NCBI RefSeq assembly: GCF_001194135.2
Contig: NC_068995.1
Span: 31,120,070 to 31,184,069, forward strand
Direction of reading: 5' to 3'
DNA length: 64,000 nt
Origin: Octopus bimaculoides
Taxonomy: Eukaryota
Shown: piece by piece, positions 12,847-26,009 of the stretch
Layout of the letters: every line of letters begins with the position of its first letter
Position numbering within the stretch: position 1 is the stretch's first letter
Notes under the pieces: model-generated
Databases searched by the model: none
What the model was told of the DNA's origin: nothing
What the model saw: only the letters and a program-made list of their open reading frames with translations
Position numbers and translations under genes: made by a program

Positions 12847-13770
12847 ATAAGGTGGTATCAAAAAGTTCCCAGACTAGTTATATTTAATAAAATATAACTT
12901 ATTTACCTAAGTTTTAATATGATCCCCTTTGAAATAGTCACCTTGTGCAATAATACACCAGTTCCAGTGTTCCTGCCACTTTTGGAATCCAGCCTGGAAG
13001 TTGTTTTCCATAAGCAAGCCAAGGACCTTCTGCAATTTGCTCTGGATCTTGACAACAGTATTAAAACAATGACCTTTGAGATGCCTTTTCATCTTGGGGA
13101 AGAGATGGAAGTCAGCAAATCTGGCAAATAGGGCAGGTATGGAAGTGATACCATGTTATTTTTGGTGAGAAACTCGTGAGCGAGAAGAGGTTGATGAAAG
13201 GGTGTATTGTTGTTGTGAAGAATCCAATTCTCCAAGCTCTACAGATCCAGTCACTTTCGCCAAATGTCCTCCCTCAAACACTTTAAAACATTGCAGCAGG
13301 ACTGATGGTCAGTCCCTGGGGGACGTATTCTCAATGCACAATACCATGAATGTCGAAAAAAACAATGAACATGCTCTTGACTGAGCTGCAGCTCTGTCGT
13401 GCTTTCTTCGGTCATGGAGATGAAGGGCTCTTCCATTGTGATGACTGCTGCTTTGTCTCAGGGTCATATGCACAGACCCAATTCTTGTCACTAGTGATGA
13501 TCCTCGACATGAAAGATGGGTCGTCAATGGCATGCTGACGGAGATCTAGACAGACCTTGACATGATGTTCGCAGACATGCCAGATGTTCGAGACAGACAT
13601 GAGGATTGTTAGCAAGGACCCATACAACAGACCAACAACATCAGCAAGGTTGTTGTTTGTCCTCCAACAATTCTCATGCACAAGCTGACGAATTTTCTCC
13701 ACTTTTTCGGGGGGTGATGCTCATGGTAGGTTTTCCAGACTGTTCATTATTTTCCAGGGATGTTCTTTTA
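12847..13770 (-). mobile_element. Mariner transposon remnant (irritans-like), deleted and frameshifted
   Basis: DDPSFMSRIITSDKNWVCAYDPETKQQSSQWKSPSSP (first catalytic D region) and FQKWQEHWNWCIIAQGDYFKGD (C-terminus); TIR-like ggtggtatcaaaaagttcccagact after TA. Confidence 0.9.
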
Positions 13771-13869
13771 CTTTGATCCATGAAAATTTGATCCACAGAA
13801 ACTATATGGAAGCCCAAGGAAATTTCAGGTGTGGAAGTAAGGTCTGGAATCAAAAGGCCTTATAGCTAA

Positions 13870-14480
13870 TTTAGCTATGTAGAAAAGGTTTTGGTAGAAA
13901 CACCAGTGTACCCAGTGCAAGCTAATAGACACATGAGGTGCAGCAGCATCATGGGAAGGTTTACAGAGAAAGTAGTCTTTGTGTGTGGCAGATGTATGGA
14001 TACAATAAACACTAAGAATATACAGAGAACAAACTTACTCGAATGTCTGGTGGAATCCTTATAAGTAGTAGATAGCTTATGTTACCTAAGCAATCAAGTT
14101 AGCAGTGGAGGAAGAAGTTCTGAAAGCATAGCTGCTAGAATAAGAACAGGCTGGAAAAAGTTTAGACAGCTATTACCTTTGTTGGTAACAAATGGCCTCT
14201 TACTCAGAGTTGTATGACAGAGTGTAAATGATTTAAAAGTAAAATTGAGTATGAGGGGCATCACATGTAATGTGCAAGAGAGAGAACTGTGCTGGTATGG
14301 TCATGTGATGCATGTGGATGAGGACAGCTGTATAAAGAAGTGCTGATCTATTATTGTGGAGGGAACTTGTGGAAAGGGTTGACTCAGGAAGTTGTAGGAC
14401 GAAGTAGTGAGAAAGGATCTTCAAATGTTGAGTCGCATAGACAAGGAACTGAGATACCTGGCAATTTGCTGTGCTTGAGA
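13870..14480 (+). mobile_element. RTE LINE 3' fragment
   Basis: ctgtgctggtatggtcatgtgatgcatgtggatgaggacagctgt encodes an L(C/R)WYGHVM..DEDSC motif; homologous to 54385-54935. Confidence 0.8.
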
Positions 14481-15609
14481 AGACACCTCAAGCTAAGTAA
14501 AATTGTGGCCATCCATACATATAGGCATATTCTTTATGACCATGACACACACACAATTCTTTTTACAATCAAAAATCCCCCACAACCCATCTTCCCCACA
14601 CCACTACCACCCCACTGCAGGCCCCCCTCCTTTCTCCCACATGTGCCTATCAGCACTTTCTATGCCCTCACATACCTACTCCCTCCCAGCCACTTCAATT
14701 CTTCTCAACATCACTTGCTATCTCTGCTATCTAAACATCTCCCCTTACACTCTTATGGAACATCCCCCTCTATACTACTTATAATACTCCCATTGTTCCC
14801 TATCAGAAGGCCCTCTCTTTCTCTAACTCTCCCCCACTTTCCTCTCCTCCCTTGTCCTACCAAGGCAGCCACATATCTTCTCAATAGTAAGAGGGCTACC
14901 CCTGTCTCTGTATCATACTCTAATCTCTCAGTTGAGAGGTCCTTGTCTTGCAAGCTTGCAGGTGCTGGTCCCCCCCCCCAAAAAAAATCTCGAGCTGGTG
15001 TCACATAAAAAGCATCCATTCTGGTGACATGTTAAGAGACACTCATGATGGTTCCACATATAAAGCACTTGTGCTGGTGCCATTTACAAAACTCCCAGTA
15101 CACTCTGTAAAATGGTTGGCATTAGGAAGAACATCCAGCTATTGAAACCATGCCAAAACAGACAGCTGGAACCTGTTGTGGCTCCCCAGCTCCTGTCATC
15201 CATATGTCCCTGTTTCATTTATACCATTTAACCATCCATGCAGTTTGTATATATACTGAAAGTTAATGATTTGATGAACAGAGATAAAATAATTCTCAAA
15301 AATGAGGGCAGTGCTTGCAATGACTGAAACTAGTAAAAGAACAATGTGTGTGTGTGTGAGAGAGAGAAACAGAGAGAGAAGAATGTGTGTGTGTGTATTT
15401 TACTTCCAATCTTCCTCTCCTAGAAATAAACATACTTCCATAACACACACAGAGCTAATAATATATGAAATCTCTAGCAATAATCAGTAGATGGCTTGGC
15501 ACAATCAATATAAGATGGGATTAATGCCTAATGGATTTAACTATGGTCTTTCATTTTTCTAGAGTTGCTAAAACATTTAACAGTTGGGAACTAGAGTATA
15601 TATATATAT

Positions 15610-15684
<75 letters not shown>

Positions 15685-15686
<2 letters not shown>

Positions 15687-16524
15687 GGGTGCAATGGGTA
15701 AATTGTCGCCATTTTATATTTTTAATTTTGCGCATGTACATTGTTTCTTTTTGATTTTGTTAACTACACAGTATAGAAGGGTCAGTTGAGCAGCGTCTGT
15801 GAGGAAAACAGAACCATGACACAATTCACTCTGCCAGAAATTTGGAAATGACATGCTGTAATGCTTGGCATTTGTACCGGAAGCTCCAATATGAAGAGAT
15901 GGTGAACACACAGAACAACTGCTGCCTTGCTGAGTCCCCAAAACATGTACCAAGAGTGATAAAAATCAAACATTCAGTCAATATCATAGTGTCTGGAGTG
16001 ATCACTAGTGATGGTGACGTTATGCCTCCATTCATCTTCCCATACAGCCTCACACTCAACATGGAAGCCTACATCAAGTGCCTGGATGAGGTAGTGCTGC
16101 TCTGGGTCAAGGAGTGGCTGCTGGAAGACCCTATGTCTGACAACAGGACTCTGCACCATGCCACACAAGTAAGAGAACATCGGATCACCTAACTCCCCAG
16201 ACAGCAATCCCCTTGATTATTATGTGTGGAGTGCAGTTGAACAAGAGACCAAAAAAACTCCTTGTAATACCGAAGATGAACTGAAGGCAAGGATTATGGC
16301 AGCATTCACCAACTTAAACAAGGAGATCGTCCAGAAGAATTGCAGGAGATTCCGAAGTCATCTGGAGGCCATGGCTGAAGCCAATGGTAATTTTATTGAA
16401 TAAATTTATTCTTTAGTATTTCAAGATATCTTTATGTAATTTTGGTAAATATATGTTAAAATGAGATGTCAGTGTTATTTTCATTTTTACATAATTTAGA
16501 CAACAGTTTATTCACCACACTCTG
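15685..16524 (+). mobile_element. Tc1/mariner maT (DD37D-like) transposon, internally deleted
   Basis: TA then CAGGGTG..aattgtcgcc, with a decayed right TIR; peptides GVITSDGDVMPPFIFP, QQDSAPCHTS and TPCNTEDELKARIMAAFTNLNKE..EANGNFIE. Confidence 0.85.
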
Positions 16525-16811
16525 TGTGTGTGTGTGTGTGTGTGTGCATGCTACTGCTAAAACTCTGTGATTGCTTGCATGTGCGTGTGCTTGTCTGTAA
16601 TTTGATGCAGTCACACCGGCACATGATGGGAAAATACTCTGAAAGTAAGGCAACCTTGAAATGTAAATACAAACAGAAGAAAACAAGTTTTGCATAAACC
16701 GGACCACAGGTTCCCCGAGATATGCAGTATTTTTGGGTACCTTCATAAATAGCCAAAACAGCACATAGTGGGAAAATACTCTGAAAGTAACATAACCCTG
16801 AAATGGGAATA

Positions 16812-17294
16812 CAGTAATCCCTCGACTATCACGGATGTTAAAATTCCAAAACCCCCTACGATGGGTGAAAATCTGCGAAATAAAAACAATACTGTACTGC
16901 ATATTTCTTTTTATTATTTTTGCAATTTATATATATTTATTTTATTATAAATGCAAAGCAACACCACACACTTGCCTCCCAAGTTTCGTTTTCCATACAG
17001 TATGTGCGAGTCTTTGTTTACTCATCTACGGCACACTATGTGTTTTAATTAATGTGTTATACAGTGTAGTACTGTACAGTGTTTCTATTTACTGATTTAT
17101 TAATTCTTAGGTGTGAAAATGCTTATTTTACCACAGAAATAATTAAAATCTAAAAAAAATATAAATACCTATTGGCCACAGAAACCTGTGCTATACTGAA
17201 GGATCTGCAATATAAATATACATATATTAGCCAGAAAAATCTGTGATGTACTGAGGGTGTGATAGGTGAACCGTGACATGGCGAGTGATTACTG
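16812..17294. mobile_element. Tigger/pogo-type MITE
   Basis: TIRs ta|cagtaatccctcg ... gcgagtgattactg; no ORF. Confidence 0.8.
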
Positions 17295-17588
17295 TGTATA
17301 ATACTATGAAAACTGTTTCTATTAATTTTATGTTTATATTATATAACAATTCCTTTTCCATTTTTGTAGTAGTGTGCACATATACCATAAATATTCTATT
17401 AGATACTGCAAATAATTGATAAAACCTTAAACATGAACTTGTAAACCAGACCTATGATGATATGAACAAATTGAAATATTTAATTGAATCGTTATAAAGT
17501 TAACTTTCATTTCAATGCAATGTTGAAATCAACTTCAATGTTTAATAACCTGAACCATCAGTGACCCAATGGGTCATGAGTAGTCTAG

Positions 17589-17619
<31 letters not shown>

Positions 17620-18264
17620 CAGTATGTTTCTAGAGAAATGACAAAACAATATTAAAATGTCAACAATATGATTAAAATCCTCAAGGCTTGTATATTGTGG
17701 GAAAAACCACTGTAATATCAATTTCAAATCAACTTTGAAACTTCATTTCACCTAGTACTGTCCAGCTGAACAATAGAACACATATGACAGCCATTTGGTA
17801 ATACTTATATTTGTTTAAATGAATGTTTTGTAAACATTTTTCTACAGTGCCTTCCTACTTTACCAGTCTCTCAACTCCATTTCTCCACCACCACCTTGTA
17901 TATAATACTATATATTATTTTATGTATAATTACATAACATTAACAGTCTCACCATATTTAAATACAATGTCACTTTAAATATAATGTAGCTTCTCATTTT
18001 TCGTACCTAAAATCAGGAACATATTTGATCCTTATAATCTCTGACACACCACTATAATTGCTAACTCCCTGCTGCCAATGCCACCACAATATTGCTTTTC
18101 ATTAAATTTCTTGCATTACACATTTGTACATTAATTAAGCATTAATCAGCCTTTTTAAAGTAACCATTGCTGGTTGAAATCATTTCCTTTTTTTTTTATT
18201 AGTTTAGTGAATGGGGAGGTACAGTGCTGATGACCTCTGTAAGGTCTCCTAAAGATCATTGAGA

Positions 18265-18293
18265 TCAGTGTGGTCGATACATTGCCTGAAGAT
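18265..18293 (-). CDS. Candidate terminal coding exon, (D)LQAMYRPH*; host gene unidentified
   Basis: Acceptor tgttttctacag, retained CpG, AATAAA downstream (plus-strand tttatt near 18195). Could be chance. Confidence 0.2.
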
Positions 18294-18389
18294 CTGTAGA
18301 AAACATGTGGGCAGAAAGAGAGTTCCAGAAAATTCCAGCCATCAGGCATGGTAGGAAAAATATTAATAAAGCAATAAAATAAGAGTAAA

Positions 18390-18640
18390 CAGGCATGGCT
18401 GTGTGATAAGAAGTTTGCTTCCCAACCACATATTTCTGAGTTCAGTCTCACTGCATGGCACCTTGGGCAAGTGACTTCTACTATAGCCTCAGGCCAACCA
18501 AAGCCTCGTGAGTGGATCTGATAGACAAAAACTGAAAGAATCCGGTTGTGTGTGTGTGTGTGTGTTTGTTCCTGACCACTGCTTGACACCCAGTGTTGAT
18601 GTGTTTATATCCCTGTAACTTAGCAGTTCAGCAAAAGGGA
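18390..18640 (+). mobile_element. SINE family A
   Basis: Homology to 965-1342. Confidence 0.8.
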
Positions 18641-18894
18641 ACCCCAGTGCTTGACTGGTACTTATTTTATCAATCCTAAAAGGATGAAAGGCAAAGATAA
18701 CCTTAGCAGAATTTGAGCTCAGGTCACAAAAAAAAAACAGTGGCCTTGATCCATCAACATGTGTAATTATTAATCACCATCATCACCACAAATAACTATC
18801 AAATATTGCACACAATCACATCACAAGTTATTTCCACTAATATTCTGCCATTTCTATGATTCATATTAACAACAATTGCTTCAAGTATAATCAC

Positions 18895-19030
18895 ACACAC
18901 ACATGTATATACACAACCGGCTTCTTTCAGTTTCTGTCTATCAGATCCACTCGCAAGGCTTTGGTTGACCCGAGGCTATAGTAGAAGTCACTTGCCCAAG
19001 GTGCCATGCAGTGGGACTGAACTCAGAAAT
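18895..19030 (-). mobile_element. SINE family A fragment
   Basis: cttctttcagtttctgtc..cacttgcccaaggtgccatgcagtgggactgaa. Confidence 0.8.
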
Positions 19031-19599
19031 TATTTCATCGTCCCCAGAGGGATGAAAGGTAAAATTGGCTTTTGTAGGATTTGAACTCTGAATGTCAAGA
19101 GCTGTAACTAAATCCTGCAAAACATTTTGTCCAATGCTGTGATGATTCTGCCAGCCCACTGTCCACCATCTTTTAATAATAGTCAAAGGTTTTATTCAGT
19201 TGCAGGAAACTTCATGATAATTTACAGAAGAGCAATGAAGTTACAGGAAAGAAGGGAGATGAGAAAGGAAATGAAAAAGAAAAAAGTGGGGGTGGGGGTA
19301 AAACAGTGGAAGATGGACGGGGAGATGAGCCACATATCTCAGAACAAATGGGTGCTCAGCCATGCCCCACAGTAATGATCATGATGGCATTAACCTTGAA
19401 AGTTGGGGGAAGGCTTTATTTAATATCGTCAGCTGTCATTTATTTTATTGACCCCTACAAGAAGATGAAAGGCAAATTTGACCCATTTTATTTTTGACAA
19501 TACAAATATAAGATCTCCAACCAGCCAAATTCTGGATGAACTACACTACATTACCATTTCATCAAAACATTCACAATGAAGTCAATCAAATGCTTTTGG

Positions 19600-20955
19600 A
19601 ACTAGAAAAGCACTCGGAGAGTGCAGACCTCCGCCAAGCAGCTCATTTCCACCCATATACACGCATGCTGAAAATCGCCCAATTTCCCAAACCAACACCG
19701 GCAAAAACATAACGTCCTCGCATACTTATCTCGACCATTGTCATAATCAACACTGTCTCTGCTTTCACCACAATCACCGTCAAAACTACGATCAGCACAA
19801 TCAGTTTCTTTACACTGTTGAAAATCCATTATCTGATACTCATGGGACTGAGATCATTGCAGATTTTTGATTTTTCTAATTTCAAAGTGCTTTATTAAAA
19901 AAAAAAAATAATAATTGCATCTACAAAACGGAACAGTTTGAGAATAGAAACCAGGTCTAAACACAATAGCTTATAGACATACTCTGAATGTAGTTCTATA
20001 TAAATCTTTAACGATTTTTTTTTAATACTTAAGACCATCAGAAATGTTAAGATATCAGCCTCTACCCACCTAGTCATGCTTTGATTAAAAGGTTACAGCA
20101 TAGATTAGATTACTTAAATAAGTTTCGGCCGAAGTTGACTCAGGCCATGTCTAATTTAATAGCACCACCTGGAAGAGATACACAATCAGCTCTGGGGAAC
20201 CGTAGCCCATTCAAGCAGAGGACTATTGTTTTCAGAGACATATCTAGGTGTGGGTGGTTTATCTGGTATTCGTTGGGGGTAATCATCTAGGGATCATTTG
20301 AATGCTGTGAAGTCACTTTCCTCCTTTATGTGTGTCTGGCTCGATGTTGAAGAGAGCAGGGCCAATTGAGGTGAAATAGTTCTGTTATAGTGTTGTGATA
20401 CGACATGAACATTTCTGTAGTGGACGGATGGCACGGGGGCCAAGCCTCGGACAAAATTTAAAGATGGGTAATGTCGATGGAATATTTTCCACATCATACA
20501 GATGATATAGAGCGTGCAGCAGCAGTGGAGGGAGCAAAGCCTGAGCTTTTTGAGTCGATCCCAATAGTCAAGGCTTGTCATGTCATCCTCTGCAGACCTC
20601 TCTGCCAAGCAGCTCATTTTAAGATAGATACGCGAGTAAAATTACTAATGGAGAAACGAAAATAAACTTGGGAAACAGCAACGCCTCCATAGGTCATATG
20701 GAAACGATGAACGTGTTTTCAAGGGAGATAATCAAAGAATGTAACATTGTAATACTTCATGTAAAGTAAATATAACAAATGAATCCATAAAAATTCCCAG
20801 ATCACTACCAAAATTTCATCATCTGTTCCTTGTGTCATTACCAACTTTTTCTGCAAGTTTCATCAAATACCGTTCACAACTTTTTGAGTTATTTTGCACA
20901 CAGACAGACAAACTAATGCTGATGAAAACATAACCTCCTTCCTTGGCGGAGGTAA
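19600..20955 (+). mobile_element. Composite non-autonomous element with 12-bp subterminal inverted repeat
   Basis: acctccgccaag (19627-19638) and cttggcggaggt (20942-20953); start motif repeated at ~20591; shares gcactcggagagtgca..ctccgccaag with the 37410 copy. Confidence 0.75.
20200..20590 (-). mobile_element. CR1/L2-group LINE ORF2 C-terminal fragment inside the 19600-20955 element
   Basis: SLDYWDRLKKLRLCSL...YIICMMWKIF...HIKEESDFTAFK resembles the L.YW.RL..L.LYSLERRR.RY.II..WKI tail of CR1-group LINEs. Confidence 0.7.
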
Positions 20956-21254
20956 TTAAAATGCTTTGTAATTAGAAATGGGAGAGGAGGAAGGCCACTT
21001 CTACTGTCATCCATTTCTTTCCTTTGTCCTCCTCTATGTTTACCCAGCTCTTTCTTTTCTTTTTCACCCCCAATCACTGTGTTGCTGCCATCATATCCTC
21101 ACTCTCCTCTCTTTCTCTTTTATACCCCTCCTTGGTCATATTGTCTTCAACATATGTATACATCCCAGAACAGTGAATATGCTTTGCCCTGTTTATACAA
21201 AGTAAACCCTCTGCTGGTGCCATAGCAAAATGCACCTGGTGCACCCTCTAGAGC

Positions 21255-21650
21255 GACTGGCAGGTATTCTTTTATTTATTAACTTGTTTCAGTTATTTGA
21301 CTGTGGCCATGTGGGAGCACTGCCTTGAAGGGTTTTTAGTCAAACAAATCAACCCCAGGACTTATTATTTTAAGCCTAGTACTTATTCTATTGGTCTCTT
21401 TTGTTGAACTGCTAAGCTACAGGGGCATAAACGCACCAGCACTGGTTGTCAAGCAATGATGAGGGGGGGCAAAGACACCGAAACACACATACACGATGGG
21501 ATTCTTTCAGTTTCCATCTGCCAAAACCACTCACAAGGCTTTGGTCAGCCCAAGGCTATAGCGGAAGACACACCAAGGTGCACACAGTGGGACTGAACCC
21601 GGAACCATGTGGTTGGGAAGCAAGCTTCTCACCACACAGCCATGCTTGTA
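21255..21650 (-). mobile_element. SINE family A, full length
   Basis: Reverse complement of 965-1342. Confidence 0.85.
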
Positions 21651-23202
21651 CCTAAACATGTGGAGAAAACAAAGGTGGGTGGTCTCCTGAATCTTGCCTT
21701 GTTGTGGTACCATAATAAAATGCTGGTATCATAGTAAAATGCACTCAGTACACACTGTAAAATGGTTGGTGGTAGGAAGGACATACAATTGAAGAAACCA
21801 AGCATAAAATGAATGAGTGCCAGTCTATAAGAGAAATGGATTCCAATAAATGACTATGACACTGCAAACCCATGTCAGTATGGAAAGTGGATGCAAAATT
21901 AATAATGTCACATATAAAACTAGATTATGAAATGTGTCTCTAACTATTTTTTTGAGAAATTAGTGTGATTTGAGGGAGATTTGGTTGCTATCTCTATCAT
22001 GTTGAGCAACCACATAATGGTTTTTCCCATTAGTTAGAAGTAACAAGGTGGGGGGAAGGAGTTAAGGAGAAGATATTTAATTTTCAGAGATATAAAACAA
22101 ATTAATTAAAAATCGAAGCTGAAGATTAAAAACAGTTCTAGGTCATGCTCTATCTTTATATTACATATGTATTCTATATGTAGTTATGTATGACATATAC
22201 CTATATATGTTCCCATACATTTCGATATTATCTAAAGTCATTTGCTATATGTAATATTTAACTATGTATAAGATGATGATATATCTATTTAGGTGTCACA
22301 AATATCTACTGATTACATGTAGAATTTCATTATATATTACATAATTAAACATAACTGTGAGACAACTAGTGTACAATTGGGAAGTACAGAACAGTAACAA
22401 TAGAAGAACTGTGTGTGTGTTTATTGATAATGTGGACATATAAGGTGTGATAGTCATAATAAGAACAAAATGGAGCTAATACCTCTACTGACAACAAAGC
22501 TTCTCCCTCAAGGTGAGGGGCAGAGTCTAGAATACTTGTGTACAAAGTGTGTTGCTACATGCAGTGAGACGTGTGTGTGAGTATGTGCATGCGCACATGC
22601 ACACATCTATAGATGTACTTGCATGGCTGTGTAGTTAAGAAGTTAACTTATTATCCAGTCATAGAAACCATGCTAAAACAAACAGGGAGCCTGAACAGCC
22701 CTTCAGCTGGTCAGCTCCTATCAAACTGTCAAATCATGCCAGCATGGAAAACAGACATTAAATGATGATGATGATTATATATATACGTATGGTAAGTTGC
22801 TTTCAGTTTTTATTTTCCTATCCACTCACAAGGCTTTGGTCAACCTGGAACTGTAGTAGAAGACACTTGCCAAAGGTGCATTACAGTGGAACTGAACCTG
22901 AAACCCCAAGGTTGGGGAGTGACCTTAATAACAGAGCTGTGATGGTGGGTGGATGCCTGGATAGATAGATAGATAGATAGATACATGCACACACATATAA
23001 TACAAACACTAGCACATATACTTATATACATATATGTATACAAATATGTATATATACATACATATACATAATTAGACACACATACACTCATATAAATTAT
23101 ATATGTGTGTGTGTGTGTGTAAAGAGAGAATGAGGGGGAGTATGAGAATTTGATGGAGAGGAATTGATGACGTTAAAGACTGAAGTGGTTTCATTTCCTT
23201 AG

Positions 23203-23243
23203 TATTTTCAGCGATTAATCCGAGAGAGTAAATTTAGAAATTG
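23203..23243 (+). CDS. Candidate internal exon, YFQRLIRESKFRN(C)
   Basis: Acceptor tttcatttccttag and donor G|gtaggt; only one open frame; two retained CGA codons in a CpG-poor region. Confidence 0.35.
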
Positions 23244-23630
23244 GTAGGTCTGTGTTCATGAGTATGTGGGCATGTGTTTAGAGCCGGCAGCAATTAATGT
23301 CTCAATGTTCCTTCCTTCATAGTATTGAAACCTCTTAAGTCCAATCCTTAAAATATGAAATATCTTAATGTCTGCTTGATAAGGAAGATTGTCTGAAGGT
23401 CAAGAATTTTCTGGTTGTGGGGAACAGTTTATTAATCTACTACATGTATTACTGTCTTTTATTCCATTGACCTTAGAAGGAAGAAAGACAACACTGGCTT
23501 CCAAAGGATTTGAACCCACAAATTCAAGGCATTCTATTTCTAATTGTAGCAATTCTCTCATCCCCCATTCAAATCTAATAATACTGCTTTTATCATATAA
23601 CTGAAATCTCCCTTCTGCCTGTTTCTTCAG

Positions 23631-23655
23631 CCATCCACACAGAAGATATGAATGA
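23631..23655 (+). CDS. Candidate terminal exon, HPHRRYE* if spliced to 23243 (alternative frame IHTEDMNESKEEEKNRENCSLAET* ends at 23707)
   Basis: Strong acceptor ccttctgcctgtttcttcag; AATAAA at ~23858; phase-compatible with 23203-23243. Confidence 0.3.
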
Positions 23656-24474
23656 GTCTAAGGAAGAGGAGAAGAATAGGGAAAATTGTTCATTGGCTGA
23701 AACATGATTGCCTCACCTGCTGACAATAGCAGCTAAAACTCCAACACAATACACACTGAACAATAGATTTCCCTATATACAAAGGAATAGGTTGTCATGA
23801 ATGGCACACCTCTCATCACAGTTTTGTTTGACTATGGCTGATCTTGGACTACATAACAATAAAGTTTACTCTGAACCAAGAAGGGAAAGCTTTTGCAGGA
23901 GCACTCCACCTGCAAGAAGCAGCAGCCAAGTTTTCCTCAAATCAATGTGTATCTTCCTAAAGGGAAGAAGAACCTACAGGAAAATGTAGTTCTGTGTGAA
24001 TACAGGAAATTGTGTGTGTGTTTGTGTGTGTGTATAAAAGCATGAATGTATGGTTAGAAATTTGCTGTGAAACTGTTTGGTTTGGGGGTTCAGTCCCACT
24101 GCATGCTATTTTGAACAAGTTTCTTCATATACAATCCCAGGCCAGCCAAATCCTTGTGAGTGAATTTGGTAGATAGAAAGTGAAAGAAGCTTTTCCTGTT
24201 TGTGCATGTGACCTAATCTCCTGACATCACGTAGTGACAGTAAATAAACTTGACATTCATACAAAAATGGTGTTATTCATTTTCTATCTTCCATGAAAGC
24301 ATATGATAGCCAATGAACTGTTCATATTTGAAAGACTTGGTGAAATATTACCTTAGAGACAGATGAGAATTGACAACAGAAAAAGAATATGGCTGTAGAA
24401 AATCTGTCTCAATGAATTCATCTGACCACTGCAGGAATAAGAATGGAAAAATGGATTTTAAAATAATGGCAATG

Positions 24475-24685
24475 ATATTGGTTCCAAATTTAGGCACAAA
24501 GCTAGCAATTTCAGGGTAATGACTAGGTCAATTACATCAACTCCAATGTTCAACTGGTACTTATTTTATCAACCATGGCAGGATGAAAGGCAAAGTCGAC
24601 CTAGACAGAATTTGAATTCAGAATGAAGTGCCACTAAGCATTTTGCCTGGCAGGATTAATGATTCTGCCAGCTTGCAGCCTTAAC
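24475..24685 (-). mobile_element. SINE family B
   Basis: ggatgaaaggcaaagtcgacctagacagaatttgaattcagaa. Confidence 0.8.
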
Positions 24686-25639
24686 AATGATAATGATATT
24701 ACATGCACAAAAACTAACATTATAAATAACAAGAACTGAGAAATACACACACATTATGACTTCCACTAAAACTACACATGCATACACACACACATACATA
24801 CATAATTTATACAGTTACCATCCTATTTGCTTTTGCATTTATGAAACATCAATCCTTTCAGTCACTCCTATTCATTTGCCAAAGACCAACATGTTTGTCT
24901 CAGTTGCTCCTATTTTTATTTCCTTTTATTTAACTTTCTGAAGAGGAGTTTAAGCTCAAAATTTTGAAAACTCTTCCACTTAGTCTCTCGTTGGGTACCA
25001 AACCTACAACTAGAGTCAGTTTTAAGCCATTTAGACACTTGTTCAAGTTGGATCCTGCACCAAGAGAGGGCTTCATGCGCATGCTGGAGCAGAGGACACT
25101 ATGATAAATGTTTAGTATATCATTGTGGCTAATGGTGCAGCCTCAATTCCTCAATGCTTTTTGGCTGGGACCGGTACACTACATGATGCATAAAACATCA
25201 ATCTCCAGCTTTTGTAGAGTAGAGGGCTCCACTGACAGTTCTCTAATTGAGCCTCACACTTCCTAGTGCCAGCCCTGCTTACAACTACACCTTGCTTGGT
25301 TTTCCATGTTATTCTCATCATTAATTATAAATGCATATACACACATTATTTTATATACAGTTTTCATTGCACAATGCTCTCCCACCACCAGTTGTTGACT
25401 GAAAGATCATGATTTCAGCACTTTCCTCTCAGCAGGGCAAAGCAGCATTGATACTATCAGGAACTGTACAACCCATACTCTTGCACATTCTTCTCCCTCA
25501 CCATCAAAGCAGTCACCACACCAAACTAGGTGCAGGTGCAACCTCTGTAATCCTGCAGTATCTTATTTTACTATTCACTGACAATTTGTTCTTTGCTCTT
25601 GGATTTGGTCTTCTGATCACAAAACTCTAACATAGTCCA

Positions 25640-25990
25640 TCTTTCAGTTATTAGACTGCGGCCATGCTGGAACATCACCTTGAAGGGTTTAGTGCCCACT
25701 CCCTTTCTCCTCAGTACTTGCTCTATTGGTTTCTTTTTGCTGAAGCATTGAGTTACAGGGATGTAAACAAACCAATACCGGTTGTCAAGTGGTGGTGGGG
25801 TACACACACAATGATGCACACACATATATATACAACAGGCTTCATTCAGGTTTTCTGTCTACCAAATCCACTCACAAGGTTTTGATTCATCTGAGACTAT
25901 AGTAGAAAACACTTGCCCAAGGTTCCATTTGGTGGGAGTGGACCCAGAACTACATGGTTGGAAAACAAACTCTATTACACAGCCATGCTT
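25640..25990 (-). mobile_element. SINE family A
   Basis: Reverse-complement homology to family A. Confidence 0.8.
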
Positions 25991-26009
25991 GTACCTATAT
26001 AGATCATCA

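Noticed and set aside
14340-15008. 222-aa ORF, the longest without Ns
   Set aside because: Chimeric read-through from an RTE 3' end (off-frame) into C-rich low-complexity repeat; no domain.
19555-19601. 47-nt minus-strand exon FQKHLIDFIVNVLMK
   Set aside because: Its acceptor AG is supplied by the terminus of the 19600 transposon, and the phase gives a stop when joined to the 18293 candidate.
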